Virus record (IMG/VR): IMGVR_UViG_3300010222_000170
Location: 1-43,181 of that record
From: a virus
Taxonomy: Duplodnaviria; Caudoviricetes
Length of the DNA stretch: 43,181 bases
Strand: one strand, 5' to 3'
The position numbers were made by a program, and so were the translations under genes. A model generated the notes under the pieces. That model did no database searches. It worked only from the letters and a program-made list of their open reading frames with translations, and had not been told where the DNA came from. Within the stretch, counting starts at the first letter, position 1, and every line of letters begins with the position of its first letter. Shown piece after piece: positions 1 through 8,263 of the stretch.

Positions 1-1038
1 TCACCCCGACTCACCTCCGTCGGTCGCCGGGACTTCCGGCACCGGTTCGTCGATCCCGAGCTCGTCGTGCAGATCCTCGATCATGTGGATCGCCTGAGTC
101 TCGCTGTGCTCCTCCAAGGCGTCGGTGAGCTGCAGCTTGCCGACCATCGTCTTGAGCTGGCTGCGCGGAATCCGGAGGTCCTGCTGGACCTCATAGAGCG
201 TCCCGTGGGCCGCGACCGACTGCTCGACGTCGGCGATCGAGACGTTCCGCGGCAGATCTTCGCGGACTTGCTCGCGCTGGGCGCGGGCCACCTCGGTTTC
301 GTCGTGGTCGTCGTCGCGATGCGCTCGGATTGCATTGACATCGTCGAAGCTTTCCCCGCAGACCGGACATGAATACTCAGTGTCGGGTAGGTTCCCGCCG
401 CCGTTTCGTGGGTCGTCGTTCACGCGGTCGTCGTCGCCCTTTTGCTCGGAGTTCATCTTCTCGCGCTCGTCGAGTCGCCGACGGAGCGCTGCCGCGCCGG
501 GATCGCCCTCGTCCTCTCCCCCATCCTCGTCTGCCTCCGGTTCCGGGCCGTCCTCGTTCCCTTCGGCGGCCGCCGCTGCGTCGGCATCGTCGTCCCCGTC
601 GGCATCGTCGCCGTGGACCTTTCCGCGGTGGACGGCGACGCCGCGAGCGCTCTTGAACTCCTCGTCACACTCGGGGCAGGTGCGCTCACCGATGCCGTCC
701 TCGCCGCCGGGGACCTCCTCCGCGTCGACCTCGTCTTGGACGTCGTCGTCCGGGTCGCCGCCTTCGTCCTCGTCCTGCTGAGTGTGGTACGCGGGCGAGC
801 CCATCATCTCGCTGGGCGGGTGCCGGTCGACGTCGATCTCGTCGGTCGCCGGCGTGTCGGGCGCGACTCTCCCGCCGTCGAGCAGCGCGAGCTCCTCGTC
901 GATTCGGTCGCGGAGCCACGCCGCCTGTGCCTGCGTCAGCGCCCACTCGTCGTCGCCGCCATACGAATCGGACGCGAACATGACGACGACCGCTTTGCTG
1001 TCGGTCTGGCCGACCATCGCGTCCTCGATCTCGTTCAT
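1..1038 (-). CDS. Acidic protein with two C2H2 zinc fingers and possible C-terminal HTH
   Basis: CPECDEEF...HRGKVH and CPVCGESF...HRDDDH motifs; ATGA overlap with upstream gene. Confidence 0.75.
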   Translation of the reverse strand: MNEIEDAMVGQTDSKAVVVMFASDSYGGDDEWALTQAQAAWLRDRIDEELALLDGGRVAPDTPATDEIDVDRHPPSEMMGSPAYHTQQDEDEGGDPDDDVQDEVDAEEVPGGEDGIGERTCPECDEEFKSARGVAVHRGKVHGDDADGDDDADAAAAAEGNEDGPEPEADEDGGEDEGDPGAAALRRRLDEREKMNSEQKGDDDRVNDDPRNGGGNLPDTEYSCPVCGESFDDVNAIRAHRDDDHDETEVARAQREQVREDLPRNVSIADVEQSVAAHGTLYEVQQDLRIPRSQLKTMVGKLQLTDALEEHSETQAIHMIEDLHDELGIDEPVPEVPATDGGESG

Positions 1039-1484
1039 CGCCGACCACCGCCTGCGAACCGCCGGTTCGGCGTCTTTCGGACCTCGCCGTCGACGACGAT
1101 CGCCCGGCCGTGTCGGATCTCCCCGCCGAGCGCTTCTTCGACTTCCTCGATCGTCGCGCCCGAGAGCTCGGCGACGCGCTCGATCAGGATCTGCCGATCG
1201 ATCCCGCCGGTCACATCGTCGAGGACGTCGGCGATCACCTGCGGGAGTGCTGGCGGGTCGGCCTCGGCCGTGATCGTGCCGCCGTCGGTCGCGACCTCCT
1301 CGGCATCGCCGTGGACGTACACCGACACCACGCTGCCGTCGATCACGACGTGTGCACCCGCCTTCTCGTAGACGCCCTGTGCTCGGTCATCGAGACTGTC
1401 GTCGGCGTTGACTGACTGCGCCTGCTGGACCTTCGATCCGCAAGCCGGACAAAACGAGGTTCCACGATCGGCGAGGTCACTCAT
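1035..1484 (-). CDS. Zinc-ribbon (CPxCG) protein with possible C-terminal winged helix
   Basis: CPACG motif; ATG at 1484 (MSDLADR) overlaps the end of the upstream small ORF. Confidence 0.65.
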   Translation of the reverse strand: MSDLADRGTSFCPACGSKVQQAQSVNADDSLDDRAQGVYEKAGAHVVIDGSVVSVYVHGDAEEVATDGGTITAEADPPALPQVIADVLDDVTGGIDRQILIERVAELSGATIEEVEEALGGEIRHGRAIVVDGEVRKTPNRRFAGGGRR

Positions 1485-1641
1485 ACGAATCACCCGCTCG
1501 GTACACGTCGATGCGACCGCCCGATAGGTCGGTCGTCACGCCGTAGTTGTGGTTTTCGAGCATGTCACAGAACGCTTTTAGCTCAGCTGGCGACGCCACA
1601 TGCTGAACGTTGATCCTGTAGAGCAGCTCATCGTCGCTCAC
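1477..1641 (-). CDS. Small hypothetical protein (54 aa, not in ORF track)
   Basis: Manual translation MSDDELLYRINVQHVASPAELKAFCDMLENHNYGVTTDLSGGRIDVYRAGDSYE; GTGA overlap upstream, fills the gap in the operon. Confidence 0.6.
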   Translation of the reverse strand: MSDDELLYRINVQHVASPAELKAFCDMLENHNYGVTTDLSGGRIDVYRAGDSYE

Positions 1642-2027
1642 GACGAGTCACCTCCCGCGCGTTCGATCGGTACTCTCGCCAGCCGGCCCTCGGGGTAGGC
1701 GTACTCCTTGCCGGCGTTGTGGACGCCCTCGACCGATCGTGGGACGAACACGCAGTTGAGAGCGCGATCGTCCATCCGGACGGGCAGGTACGGATGTGCT
1801 TTGTAGTTCAGCAGGTCGAACTCCTCGCGCTCGTAGTAGTCCGGCAGTGTCGAAGCGGCGACGCCGGTGACGAACAACGGCTGGCGCGTCACCAGGTCGA
1901 TCGCGACGTCGCCCTTTTGCAGGTCGCGATGGTGTTCGGCCGCGGCCTCGGCGAGGACTTCCCGTGGGTCGCGTTCGGCCTCGTCGAAGGAGTTGTCGAT
2001 CGCGCCCTCGGGTTCTTGTTCGCTCAT
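1638..2027 (-). CDS. Hypothetical haloarchaeal protein
   Basis: Acidic 129-aa ORF with 4-nt overlaps on both sides. Confidence 0.7.
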   Translation of the reverse strand: MSEQEPEGAIDNSFDEAERDPREVLAEAAAEHHRDLQKGDVAIDLVTRQPLFVTGVAASTLPDYYEREEFDLLNYKAHPYLPVRMDDRALNCVFVPRSVEGVHNAGKEYAYPEGRLARVPIERAGGDSS

Positions 2028-2269
2028 GCCGACTCACCGCCGTCGGAGACCGGCTCGCCGTCGGTCCGCTCCAGGTCGATGCGCGCGTCGCGCGCGACCG
2101 ACCGCACGGTATCGAGGCTATTGAGCGCGCTTATTTTGGACGAATACCCCTCCGCCGAATCCGCGATGATCTTGCCGTTGCGAGCGAGAAGCCGCCAGCG
2201 CCACTCGCCCGCATCGTCCGTATAGACCTCAAAGGTCGCGAGCCAGTCTCGCTCGTCGGCGTCGCTCAT
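2024..2269 (-). CDS. YegP/DUF1508-family protein
   Basis: FEVYTDDAGEWRWRLLARNGKIIADSAEGYSSK matches the DUF1508 pattern; start reassigned to ATG 2269. Confidence 0.85.
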   Translation of the reverse strand: MSDADERDWLATFEVYTDDAGEWRWRLLARNGKIIADSAEGYSSKISALNSLDTVRSVARDARIDLERTDGEPVSDGGESA

Positions 2270-2397
2270 CGGAACCCTCCTTGTCCGGTGACTTGCTGGA
2301 AAGCCTCGCACAACGTTCCGCGACAGTCGAGACACCATGCGTCGTCGGTCTCGACGGTGTTTTGGCAGTCGTGGTCGGCGCACTCGTCGGCGGTCAT
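2266..2397 (-). CDS. Small Cys-rich protein (43 aa, not in ORF track)
   Basis: MTADECADHDCQNTVETDDAWCLDCRGTLCEAFQQVTGQGGFR; ATGA coupling to the next gene. Confidence 0.55.
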   Translation of the reverse strand: MTADECADHDCQNTVETDDAWCLDCRGTLCEAFQQVTGQGGFR

Positions 2398-2507
2398 CAC
2401 TCCAACCCCCACTTTTCGTCGGCCCTTTCCTTGTTATGAAGCATCGGCCGAACACACCGGCCGTCGCAGTTTCCGCGGTGGCATTCGCGAGCGCTGTCGG
2501 ATGTCAT
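2397..2507 (-). CDS. Possible 36-aa microprotein
   Basis: MTSDSARECHRGNCDGRCVRPMLHNKERADEKWGLE; overlaps both neighbours at start and stop. Confidence 0.35.
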   Translation of the reverse strand: MTSDSARECHRGNCDGRCVRPMLHNKERADEKWGLE

Positions 2508-2692
2508 CCCGCTACCCCGCGGCCGCGGTGATGGTCGTCGTGCTGTGCTTCGTTGTCGTGCTCTTTATTAGAGCGTGGTTCTTCGTTCATAGCAGGTCCA
2601 AAGCCAGTTGGACTCGCGGGCGACAGTCCGACGATGCGCTGCGCATCCAGCGCCGTCGGCGATTCGCTCGCCCGTGCGGTTTCTCGGGTCAT
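2504..2692 (-). CDS. Hypothetical protein
   Basis: 62-aa ORF with ATGA overlaps at both ends. Confidence 0.4.
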   Translation of the reverse strand: MTRETARASESPTALDAQRIVGLSPASPTGFGPAMNEEPRSNKEHDNEAQHDDHHRGRGVAG

Positions 2693-2925
2693 AGCGAAAC
2701 GTCGTTATCCTCCCCATATTCGATCGCTTCGTCGGCGTTCGCGAGCCCGAAAGCGATCAACACCCGCGCCACCTGCGAAACGTTTCGTACTGTCTCGTCG
2801 TTGGCATCAACGAGTTCGCCCACTGCGGATTTCATTTCTGGAGAGACGCGAAACTCGATGCTCACCTTCTCCCGATCGCGCTTCCCCGCGCCGTCGTCTT
2901 CCGCCGCAGCAGCACGGCTTGACAT
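2689..2925 (-). CDS. Ribbon-helix-helix regulator (leftward member of switch)
   Basis: KVSIEFRVSPEMKSAVGELV...NVSQVARVLIAFGL strand-helix-helix pattern. Confidence 0.75.
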   Translation of the reverse strand: MSSRAAAAEDDGAGKRDREKVSIEFRVSPEMKSAVGELVDANDETVRNVSQVARVLIAFGLANADEAIEYGEDNDVSL

Positions 2926-3043
2926 AGCTCATACTACTGTACTACACCAACTAAGTTATTGCGGTCACAACCAGTACCACGGAGACGATAATACTCCGGC
3001 GAGTAGGGGGTTTATTAGTCCATGGGTACTATTGTAGGACATC
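2926..3043. promoter_or_regulatory. Divergent promoter/operator region
   Basis: AT-rich; TTTATTA at 3011-3017 about 30 nt before ATG 3044; five similar heptamers ATACTAC, GTACTAC, GTACCAC, ATACTCC, GTACTAT. Confidence 0.6.
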
Positions 3044-3277
3044 ATGGCACACCAGGGTGGAGGGTCCGGCGACCGCTCGGACGGGACAAAGAACGTATCG
3101 TTTTGGATCGACGAGCAGGTGGTCGAAGAATTCGACAAGGCGATTGGTGCGGCACGGGCGTCGGAGGCGGTCGGACCAAACGCGAACCGCAGTGACGTGC
3201 TCCGCGTGCTAATGAAGGAGTTTATCGCGGAGCACGGTCAGGGAAACCCGAAAACGGCGGCGATGCCGGCTGATTAA
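3044..3277 (+). CDS. Ribbon-helix-helix regulator (putative repressor)
   Basis: KNVSFWIDEQVVEEFDKAI...NRSDVLRVLMKEFI, CopG-like pattern. Confidence 0.8.
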   Translation: MAHQGGGSGDRSDGTKNVSFWIDEQVVEEFDKAIGAARASEAVGPNANRSDVLRVLMKEFIAEHGQGNPKTAAMPAD

Positions 3278-3432
3278 TCGATCGCCGCCTCGTAATTCAA
3301 TAGTCCGTACCGAAGACACTTCCGAGCCATCTCAGTTTCTGTTAGTCCGGCCCCCTCTGCAACAGCAGCTAACCACTCGTCGGTGCTTTCTTTGACCGAT
3401 ACTTCTCGCCCCCCACCCGTCTCTCCATCCAT
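3274..3432 (-). CDS. Third RHH-like protein (52 aa, not in ORF track)
   Basis: MDGETGGGREVSVKESTDEWLAAVAEGAGLTETEMARKCLRYGLLNYEAAID; stop overlaps the convergent RHH stop (TTAA). Confidence 0.6.
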   Translation of the reverse strand: MDGETGGGREVSVKESTDEWLAAVAEGAGLTETEMARKCLRYGLLNYEAAID

Positions 3433-3607
3433 GCCAACAACTTTCATGGATGCTCACCATATACTCTCGGCAACACCACGCCGGAAGTGAAACTACATTT
3501 CCGCTTTTCCACTTCTCCCAGAAGCACCGCCGCTGCCAACCGCCACTCTCCCCTCAGAGAATCTAGAATAGCTATAAGAGAACACCCTGTGTCTTATCCG
3601 CTCGTAT

Positions 3608-4540
3608 ATGGAAGACAGCACCAGAATTCCATGGCGGGCGATCGCGGTCGGGACCGTTGCGCTCGCGGTCGTGATCGGCGCACTGACCGCCGTGCCGATG
3701 GGAGCGATCTCTCAGGACGGCGGCGTAACGACACCGACACCGAGCAACGACGGCGACACGCCCGACCCGTACGACTGCGAGGACTTCGACAGTGCGGCGG
3801 AGGCCCGGGCGGTGTTCGCCGCCGAAGCGCCCGATGACACGTCCGGACTCGACGAGAACGATAACGGGATTCCCTGCGAAAGCGAATTCCCGGACCAATC
3901 CGGCCCGGTGAACGGCGCGCCGGACACGCCGACCACTGAGCCGCCGGCCGAAGCACCGACGGACACTGAGACGCCGACCGAGACGACAACCGCGACGACC
4001 GCCACCGAGACGCAGACGGACACGCCCACTGAAACCGAAACCGAGACCGAAACCGAGACCGCGACGGCAACCCCGACGACCACCGCGACAACGACCGCAG
4101 AACCGACGACCGAAGCCGCAGAGACCGCACAGTCCGAGACCGTCTACTACCAGGTCGACTTCGTGGCCGGCGAGGCGATCGAGAACCTCCGCGGGCCGAA
4201 CGGCACCTACACGAACGACCAGTTGGTTCGGTTCGCCCACGGCTCGACCGACGAGGCGGTGACGCGTCGCTCCGACGGCGAGTTCACGACCGACGACGCG
4301 CTCGCCGAGCGGATCGAGAGCGAGACCATCACCGTCGAGAACGGCACCGCCGCGATCACGTTCACCGTCGCCGAGGGCGAGCCCGTGACACTCACTTTGG
4401 CGAGCTACGAGAAGGTCGGGCCGGGCTGGAGCCCCGAAACCGAGGCCGACCAGGAGTTCATCGACAGCCAGACCGGAACGTTCGAGTCGGGCACCCACAC
4501 CCTGACGGTCGATCTGCCTGACGGCGAGAGCGACGGGTAG
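3608..4540 (+). CDS. Secreted or membrane-anchored surface protein with Excalibur-like Ca-binding motif and Thr/Glu-rich linker
   Basis: Hydrophobic N-terminus; DCEDF..A.A......DDTSGLDENDNGIPCE; TETETET linker; CTATAA promoter-like box at 3572-3577. Confidence 0.8.
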   Translation: MEDSTRIPWRAIAVGTVALAVVIGALTAVPMGAISQDGGVTTPTPSNDGDTPDPYDCEDFDSAAEARAVFAAEAPDDTSGLDENDNGIPCESEFPDQSGPVNGAPDTPTTEPPAEAPTDTETPTETTTATTATETQTDTPTETETETETETATATPTTTATTTAEPTTEAAETAQSETVYYQVDFVAGEAIENLRGPNGTYTNDQLVRFAHGSTDEAVTRRSDGEFTTDDALAERIESETITVENGTAAITFTVAEGEPVTLTLASYEKVGPGWSPETEADQEFIDSQTGTFESGTHTLTVDLPDGESDG

Positions 4541-4554
4541 TCCCGCGACTACCC
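4535..4554. terminator. Hairpin between convergent genes
   Basis: GGGTAGTC-CCGC-GACTACCC, perfect 8-bp inverted repeat over the stop codon. Confidence 0.4.
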
Positions 4555-4622
4555 CTGCTGTCGACGCTCGTACAGCGACAAATCACGTTCGGCCGCGCCG
4601 AACAGTGCGAGGGGCTCCCAGC

Positions 4623-4781
4623 TCACAGCGCCACCAAGTCGCAGTCGCCATCGGAACCACACGCGGCACACTCGAATCCGTCGTTGTTCAGGTCGTCTGC
4701 CGCCCGCTTCGCCACCTCTTTCGAGACCGGGAACCCCGCCACCGCACCGCATTCGGGGCACCCAATATCAAACTCAGCCAT
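4623..4781 (-). CDS. CPxCG zinc-finger microprotein (52 aa, not in ORF track)
   Basis: MAEFDIGCPECGAVAGFPVSKEVAKRAADDLNNDGFECAACGSDGDCDLVAL. Confidence 0.7.
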   Translation of the reverse strand: MAEFDIGCPECGAVAGFPVSKEVAKRAADDLNNDGFECAACGSDGDCDLVAL

Positions 4782-4968
4782 CGCCCTCTCCCTGATACCC
4801 CCGGTGGGCGTCCGCGACGGCCTCGCGCAGCTCGGCGGCGAGTGCGAGCGCGTCCTCGCCGTCGGCCCCTTCCACGGTGATACTGACGTCGACCCTGTTC
4901 TTCTCGTCCGGTTCCGTCGGCGGGTGGTACCGTTTTTCGATTTCGGTGGCGTTGTGCATGATTGTCAT
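4774..4968 (-). CDS. Hypothetical protein
   Basis: Acidic ORF; start set at the ATGA overlap (4968). Confidence 0.55.
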   Translation of the reverse strand: MTIMHNATEIEKRYHPPTEPDEKNRVDVSITVEGADGEDALALAAELREAVADAHRGYQGEGDG

Positions 4969-5357
4969 TCGTCGCCGAAGTTCTCGGCCATACTCTCCGC
5001 CATATCCTGCCGCCACTCGACCAACGGCTGGCAGGCCTCGGCGAGGTCGCTAACGACCGGGGCAAGCGTCTCTTTGAGATCCGCCTGGAACGCCCGAAAC
5101 GCTTCGACGGCTTCGCGAGCGCCAAACGCGTACCGTCTCGCGGCCGCCTCAAGCGTGACGGTCTCACCGGCCTCGAAGTGGGGGGCGGCGATCTCGTTGA
5201 CGACGATCGCGCCCACGTATTGCTCCGCGACGGCCTCGCGCAGCCCGTCGTAGACCGCGCGCTGGTCGTCGTCGAGGTCGCTCGGTTGGAACTGCGGGAT
5301 GAGTATTTTCCTGCCCTGTTCGGTTTCGACTCGGAATGTGGATTCGGTGTCAGTCAT
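4965..5357 (-). CDS. Hypothetical protein
   Basis: Acidic frame starting MTDTESTF. Confidence 0.6.
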   Translation of the reverse strand: MTDTESTFRVETEQGRKILIPQFQPSDLDDDQRAVYDGLREAVAEQYVGAIVVNEIAAPHFEAGETVTLEAAARRYAFGAREAVEAFRAFQADLKETLAPVVSDLAEACQPLVEWRQDMAESMAENFGDE

Positions 5358-5721
5358 TGTTCTCACCCGCCATCGGACCGATCCCTTCGTCCGCGAGCAA
5401 CCCCGCGCTGACGGCATCGGCCGCTGCTCGCAGTTTTTGATAGGACTCCTCGTCTTGGCGATCCAACCGTTCGATCTGGAAGTCGGTGATGTGCTTTCGC
5501 ACGACGTCCCATCCGATGAAGGCATATGGGTTGTCGCTGTCCCACTCCGCCCGCCCGTGCTGCCACGCCTCCTGCTGGCCGTCGCGTTCCTGCTCGGCCC
5601 GTTTCTCGGTTGCGAACGGGCCTCTAAGGTGCACGGAGAGCGGGTTGTCACGGTCGTGTATGACGGTGGCTTCGACGACGAACCACGCCTCGTGGGGTGG
5701 TGTGTCGTTTGTGTCAGTCAT
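5350..5721 (-). CDS. Hypothetical protein
   Basis: Acidic frame starting MTDTNDTP. Confidence 0.6.
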   Translation of the reverse strand: MTDTNDTPPHEAWFVVEATVIHDRDNPLSVHLRGPFATEKRAEQERDGQQEAWQHGRAEWDSDNPYAFIGWDVVRKHITDFQIERLDRQDEESYQKLRAAADAVSAGLLADEGIGPMAGENND

Positions 5722-5920
5722 CGTTGATCCCCTCTTGCGGGCCGTCAAGCCACTCCTCTAACCCCTGATTGCAGTCATCGCAGAGGTCGATGGGTTTGTG
5801 TCGGACAGTGGGGGTCGTGCTGTTCCGAAGCACGTCTCGGTGGACGAGATATTCGCGGGTCACGGCACGCCACCCGTTAAACTGCTCCCCACAACGGTCG
5901 CACAACTTGACATTAGCCAT
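5714..5920 (-). CDS. Zinc-finger protein
   Basis: CDRCG...DLCDDC. Confidence 0.7.
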   Translation of the reverse strand: MANVKLCDRCGEQFNGWRAVTREYLVHRDVLRNSTTPTVRHKPIDLCDDCNQGLEEWLDGPQEGINDD

Positions 5921-6065
5921 CGTCAGCCTCCTCAATCAGTTGCCAGATCACGTCTTCATAGCTCTCTCCACGTCCTTTTCGGGAATAGAGCTCATCGGCA
6001 AGCTCGCTTGTCACGCTGATGCTGGTTCGATCGGCCATTGCAGCCGATTTGGCCTCCTGTGCCAT
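5913..6065 (-). CDS. Small RHH regulator
   Basis: RTSISVTSELADELYSRKGRGESYEDVIWQLIE; minus-strand TTATAC (6089-6094) about 29 nt before ATG 6065. Confidence 0.8.
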   Translation of the reverse strand: MAQEAKSAAMADRTSISVTSELADELYSRKGRGESYEDVIWQLIEEADDG

Positions 6066-6088
6066 ATATCTCCATAATGGCTTCTGTT

Positions 6089-6126
6089 GTATAACTCCGT
6101 CGATGAATAGATGCATAGATTTATAG
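6089..6126. promoter_or_regulatory. Back-to-back TATA boxes with 3x 8-bp tandem repeat (candidate RHH operator)
   Basis: GATGAATA-GATGCATA-GATTTATA at 6102-6125; last copy contains the TTTATA box. Confidence 0.55.
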
Positions 6127-6152
6127 TCGTGGGGCTATGAGCACCTGTATGG

Positions 6153-6223
6153 GCGCAGGAACCGCCGAGAAGCGATTTCGGCCCCGCGTTGCAGCGCGGG
6201 ACCTGCGCTCTGAGAACAGAGCG
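6153..6223 (+). ncRNA. Structured 5' leader (three-way junction plus ATG-proximal alternative hairpin), copy 1
   Basis: GCGCAGG/CCTGCGC encloses CCGAGA-AGCGA-TTTCGG and CCCGCG-TTGCAG-CGCGGG; CGCTCTG-AGAA-CAGAGCG ends at ATG 6224. Confidence 0.6.
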
Positions 6224-6718
6224 ATGGCAACTACGCAATCCAGCGTTGAAAACGCTACCGACGACCGACGCATTGACCTCGAAAGAATTGAACGCGCTTT
6301 GACCGACGACATGACGGTCCGCGACCACGCACCCGCGCAGTATCTCGTCGCCCGCGACGGCGACGACCACGAGGAGCACCTCGTGGATACCGACGCCGCC
6401 GCGTGCGATTGTGAGGACGCGCACTTCAGAAACGTCGTGTGCGTCCACCTCGCCCGCGCGGCGCTCCACCACGCCTACCGCTCGTCGCCGAACACCCGCC
6501 TTGTGGCGCGGGTCCTCGCGGCCCTGAGCGAGCTCGGCTGCCCGCACGACGTCGCCGGCTGCGGCGGTCCGACTGACGCGGGCCAGCGGGGACTCCCCTG
6601 TGAGGGGTGCATCTCCAGCACGTCGCACGGGCATTGGGTCGTCTGGCAGCGACTCGCGAACGCCGCGGTCGTGGAGCCGGACGTGGCGACCGACGGCGGC
6701 TCGGAGGCGAGCCGATGA
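6224..6718 (+). CDS. SWIM zinc-finger protein
   Basis: CDCEDAHFRNVVCVH (CxC...CxH) plus further Cys residues. Confidence 0.8.
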   Translation: MATTQSSVENATDDRRIDLERIERALTDDMTVRDHAPAQYLVARDGDDHEEHLVDTDAAACDCEDAHFRNVVCVHLARAALHHAYRSSPNTRLVARVLAALSELGCPHDVAGCGGPTDAGQRGLPCEGCISSTSHGHWVVWQRLANAAVVEPDVATDGGSEASR

Positions 6719-6975
6719 GCCGACTCGCCGACATCCCCGACGACCGTCACGAGTGCCCGGAGTGCGGTGCGGGCTTCAAACGCCGCGCCGACCGCCGCGA
6801 GCACCTGCGCGACATCCACCCCGAGACGCTGCCCGACGGCGCGGCGGCGTGTTCGTGTGCAGGCAGCGCCGAGGCGGACGTGAGCGTGACGCGGGACTCC
6901 CAGACGGGCCGCGACCGCGAGCTCCACACCTGCCCTCGGTGCGGCGACCGTGTTTCCGGAGGGCGGTTCCGATGA
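6715..6975 (+). CDS. C2H2 plus zinc-ribbon protein
   Basis: CPECGAGF...HLRDIH; CSC...CPRCG. Confidence 0.7.
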   Translation: MSRLADIPDDRHECPECGAGFKRRADRREHLRDIHPETLPDGAAACSCAGSAEADVSVTRDSQTGRDRELHTCPRCGDRVSGGRFR

Positions 6976-7145
6976 CTCGCGCGGAGCGGGAGTTCGGACG
7001 GGAGATCGACGATGCAATCCACGAGGCACGCGGTGCGGGGATGACCGACGACAAGATCGCGGATGTCCTCGCCGATCGGGCGGCCGACGTTAGGGACTCC
7101 GAGCCGCTGTCGGCGTTGTTCGGCGGGGGGGAGGACGGCGGATGA
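6972..7145 (+). CDS. Hypothetical protein
   Basis: MTRAEREFG..., ATGA overlaps on both sides. Confidence 0.6.
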   Translation: MTRAEREFGREIDDAIHEARGAGMTDDKIADVLADRAADVRDSEPLSALFGGGEDGG

Positions 7146-7261
7146 CCTGCGAGCACTGCCATCGCTCCGCGCGGCCGGGCGGGCGGTTGTGCATCCGGTG
7201 TGAAGAGATCGAACACGAGGCGCGGCGCGCGGCCGCAGCGAAGGGTGGTGACGGCGAATGA
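7142..7261 (+). CDS. Zinc-finger microprotein (39 aa, not in ORF track)
   Basis: MTCEHCHRSARPGGRLCIRCEEIEHEARRAAAAKGGDGE; ATGA overlaps. Confidence 0.6.
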   Translation: MTCEHCHRSARPGGRLCIRCEEIEHEARRAAAAKGGDGE

Positions 7262-7446
7262 CCCGCCTCGCCGCGCACGCGTATCCCGTCGACGAACCCG
7301 CGGACGACGAACTCCCAGAGATCACCCAGCACCGGAGCCGGCACGGTCGCTATCTTCGGTGTTCCGGCTGCGGTAGTGAGGTAGTTACGTCTGCGGAGGG
7401 GATGCTGCACGACGAGGGCTGTGCACGTCACAGGAGCTGGCGATGA
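7258..7446 (+). CDS. Small zinc-binding protein
   Basis: CSGCG...H...C; ATGA overlaps. Confidence 0.6.
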   Translation: MTRLAAHAYPVDEPADDELPEITQHRSRHGRYLRCSGCGSEVVTSAEGMLHDEGCARHRSWR

Positions 7447-7787
7447 CCCACGAGACCACCGTCCGCCAGATCCTCAGCGGCCACGAACTGCCGGGCGACA
7501 CGCCGCGCTGTTGTCAGTGCGGGAGTCTGCTGGAAGGCGCACGGGTCGTGGTGTGCGCCCGAAGCATGGACGGCGCTGATACGTGGGGCGTCAACACGGT
7601 GTGGTGTCGCGAACACGCCCCTGCCGACGTGCCCGAGACCCCACACGGCGAGACGGCGCTCGCCGACGCCCGGGTCGGGACGCTCGCGGATGTCGTTGAG
7701 CAGACCCATGTCCACGCGCTGATCGATGTCGTCGTGACGGACGCGGCACTTCGCGAGGGCAACCGCAAGGCGGTGCAGGAGCCATGA
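7443..7787 (+). CDS. Zinc-binding hypothetical protein
   Basis: CCQCG...WCREH; ATGA overlaps. Confidence 0.6.
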   Translation: MTHETTVRQILSGHELPGDTPRCCQCGSLLEGARVVVCARSMDGADTWGVNTVWCREHAPADVPETPHGETALADARVGTLADVVEQTHVHALIDVVVTDAALREGNRKAVQEP

Positions 7788-8026
7788 CCGACGACGAGTG
7801 GCGGTACGGTGCGGTTCACATCGGCCGCTTTGAGACGCGCCATGCGGCGATCGGAGCGGCGGCACGGAACGGCCGCCACCTTCCTGGCGGGTTGTGGGAG
7901 CAAGTCACTGCCGAACGCGAGGACGACCTCTGTTCCGGTATGGAGAGGTACTTCGTCGCTTGCAAACCTTCGACGCCCAACCCGGAGAATCGCTGCCGGT
8001 TCTGCGGCGGGGTGGTCGAACGATGA
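7784..8026 (+). CDS. Hypothetical protein, Cys-containing C-terminus
   Basis: CRFCG; ATGA overlaps. Confidence 0.55.
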   Translation: MTDDEWRYGAVHIGRFETRHAAIGAAARNGRHLPGGLWEQVTAEREDDLCSGMERYFVACKPSTPNPENRCRFCGGVVER

Positions 8027-8145
8027 CCGGCTGCGACCCGATCATCGTGGCCGGCGACGACGCGGTAATCTTGGGCGAGCCCGACGACGCCGAGGACGAC
8101 GAGAGCGAGCGCGCGACGCTCGATGAGTTCGGGGTTGTGCGATGA
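8023..8145 (+). CDS. Acidic microprotein (40 aa) ending in TLDEF
   Basis: MTGCDPIIVAGDDAVILGEPDDAEDDESERATLDEFGVVR; ATGA overlap. Confidence 0.5.
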   Translation: MTGCDPIIVAGDDAVILGEPDDAEDDESERATLDEFGVVR

Positions 8146-8194
8146 TCGGCGGGCTTGACACCCCTGCTGTTTGACAACCCCACCCAGAATCAAA

Positions 8195-8228
8195 GCATTT
8201 ATTACTGTGAGGGTATATAGTGTATATG
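8195..8228 (+). promoter_or_regulatory. Promoter with GTATAT direct repeat (candidate RHH operator)
   Basis: TTTATTA at 8198-8204 followed by GTATAT-AGT-GTATAT. Confidence 0.55.
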
Positions 8229-8263
8229 TGAGCGGGGGAACGAACCCGCCACACCAACCGACC

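Noticed and set aside
3930-4140. ACCGAR-type short tandem repeats as a VNTR or regulatory array
   Set aside because: Explained by the Thr/Glu linker coding sequence
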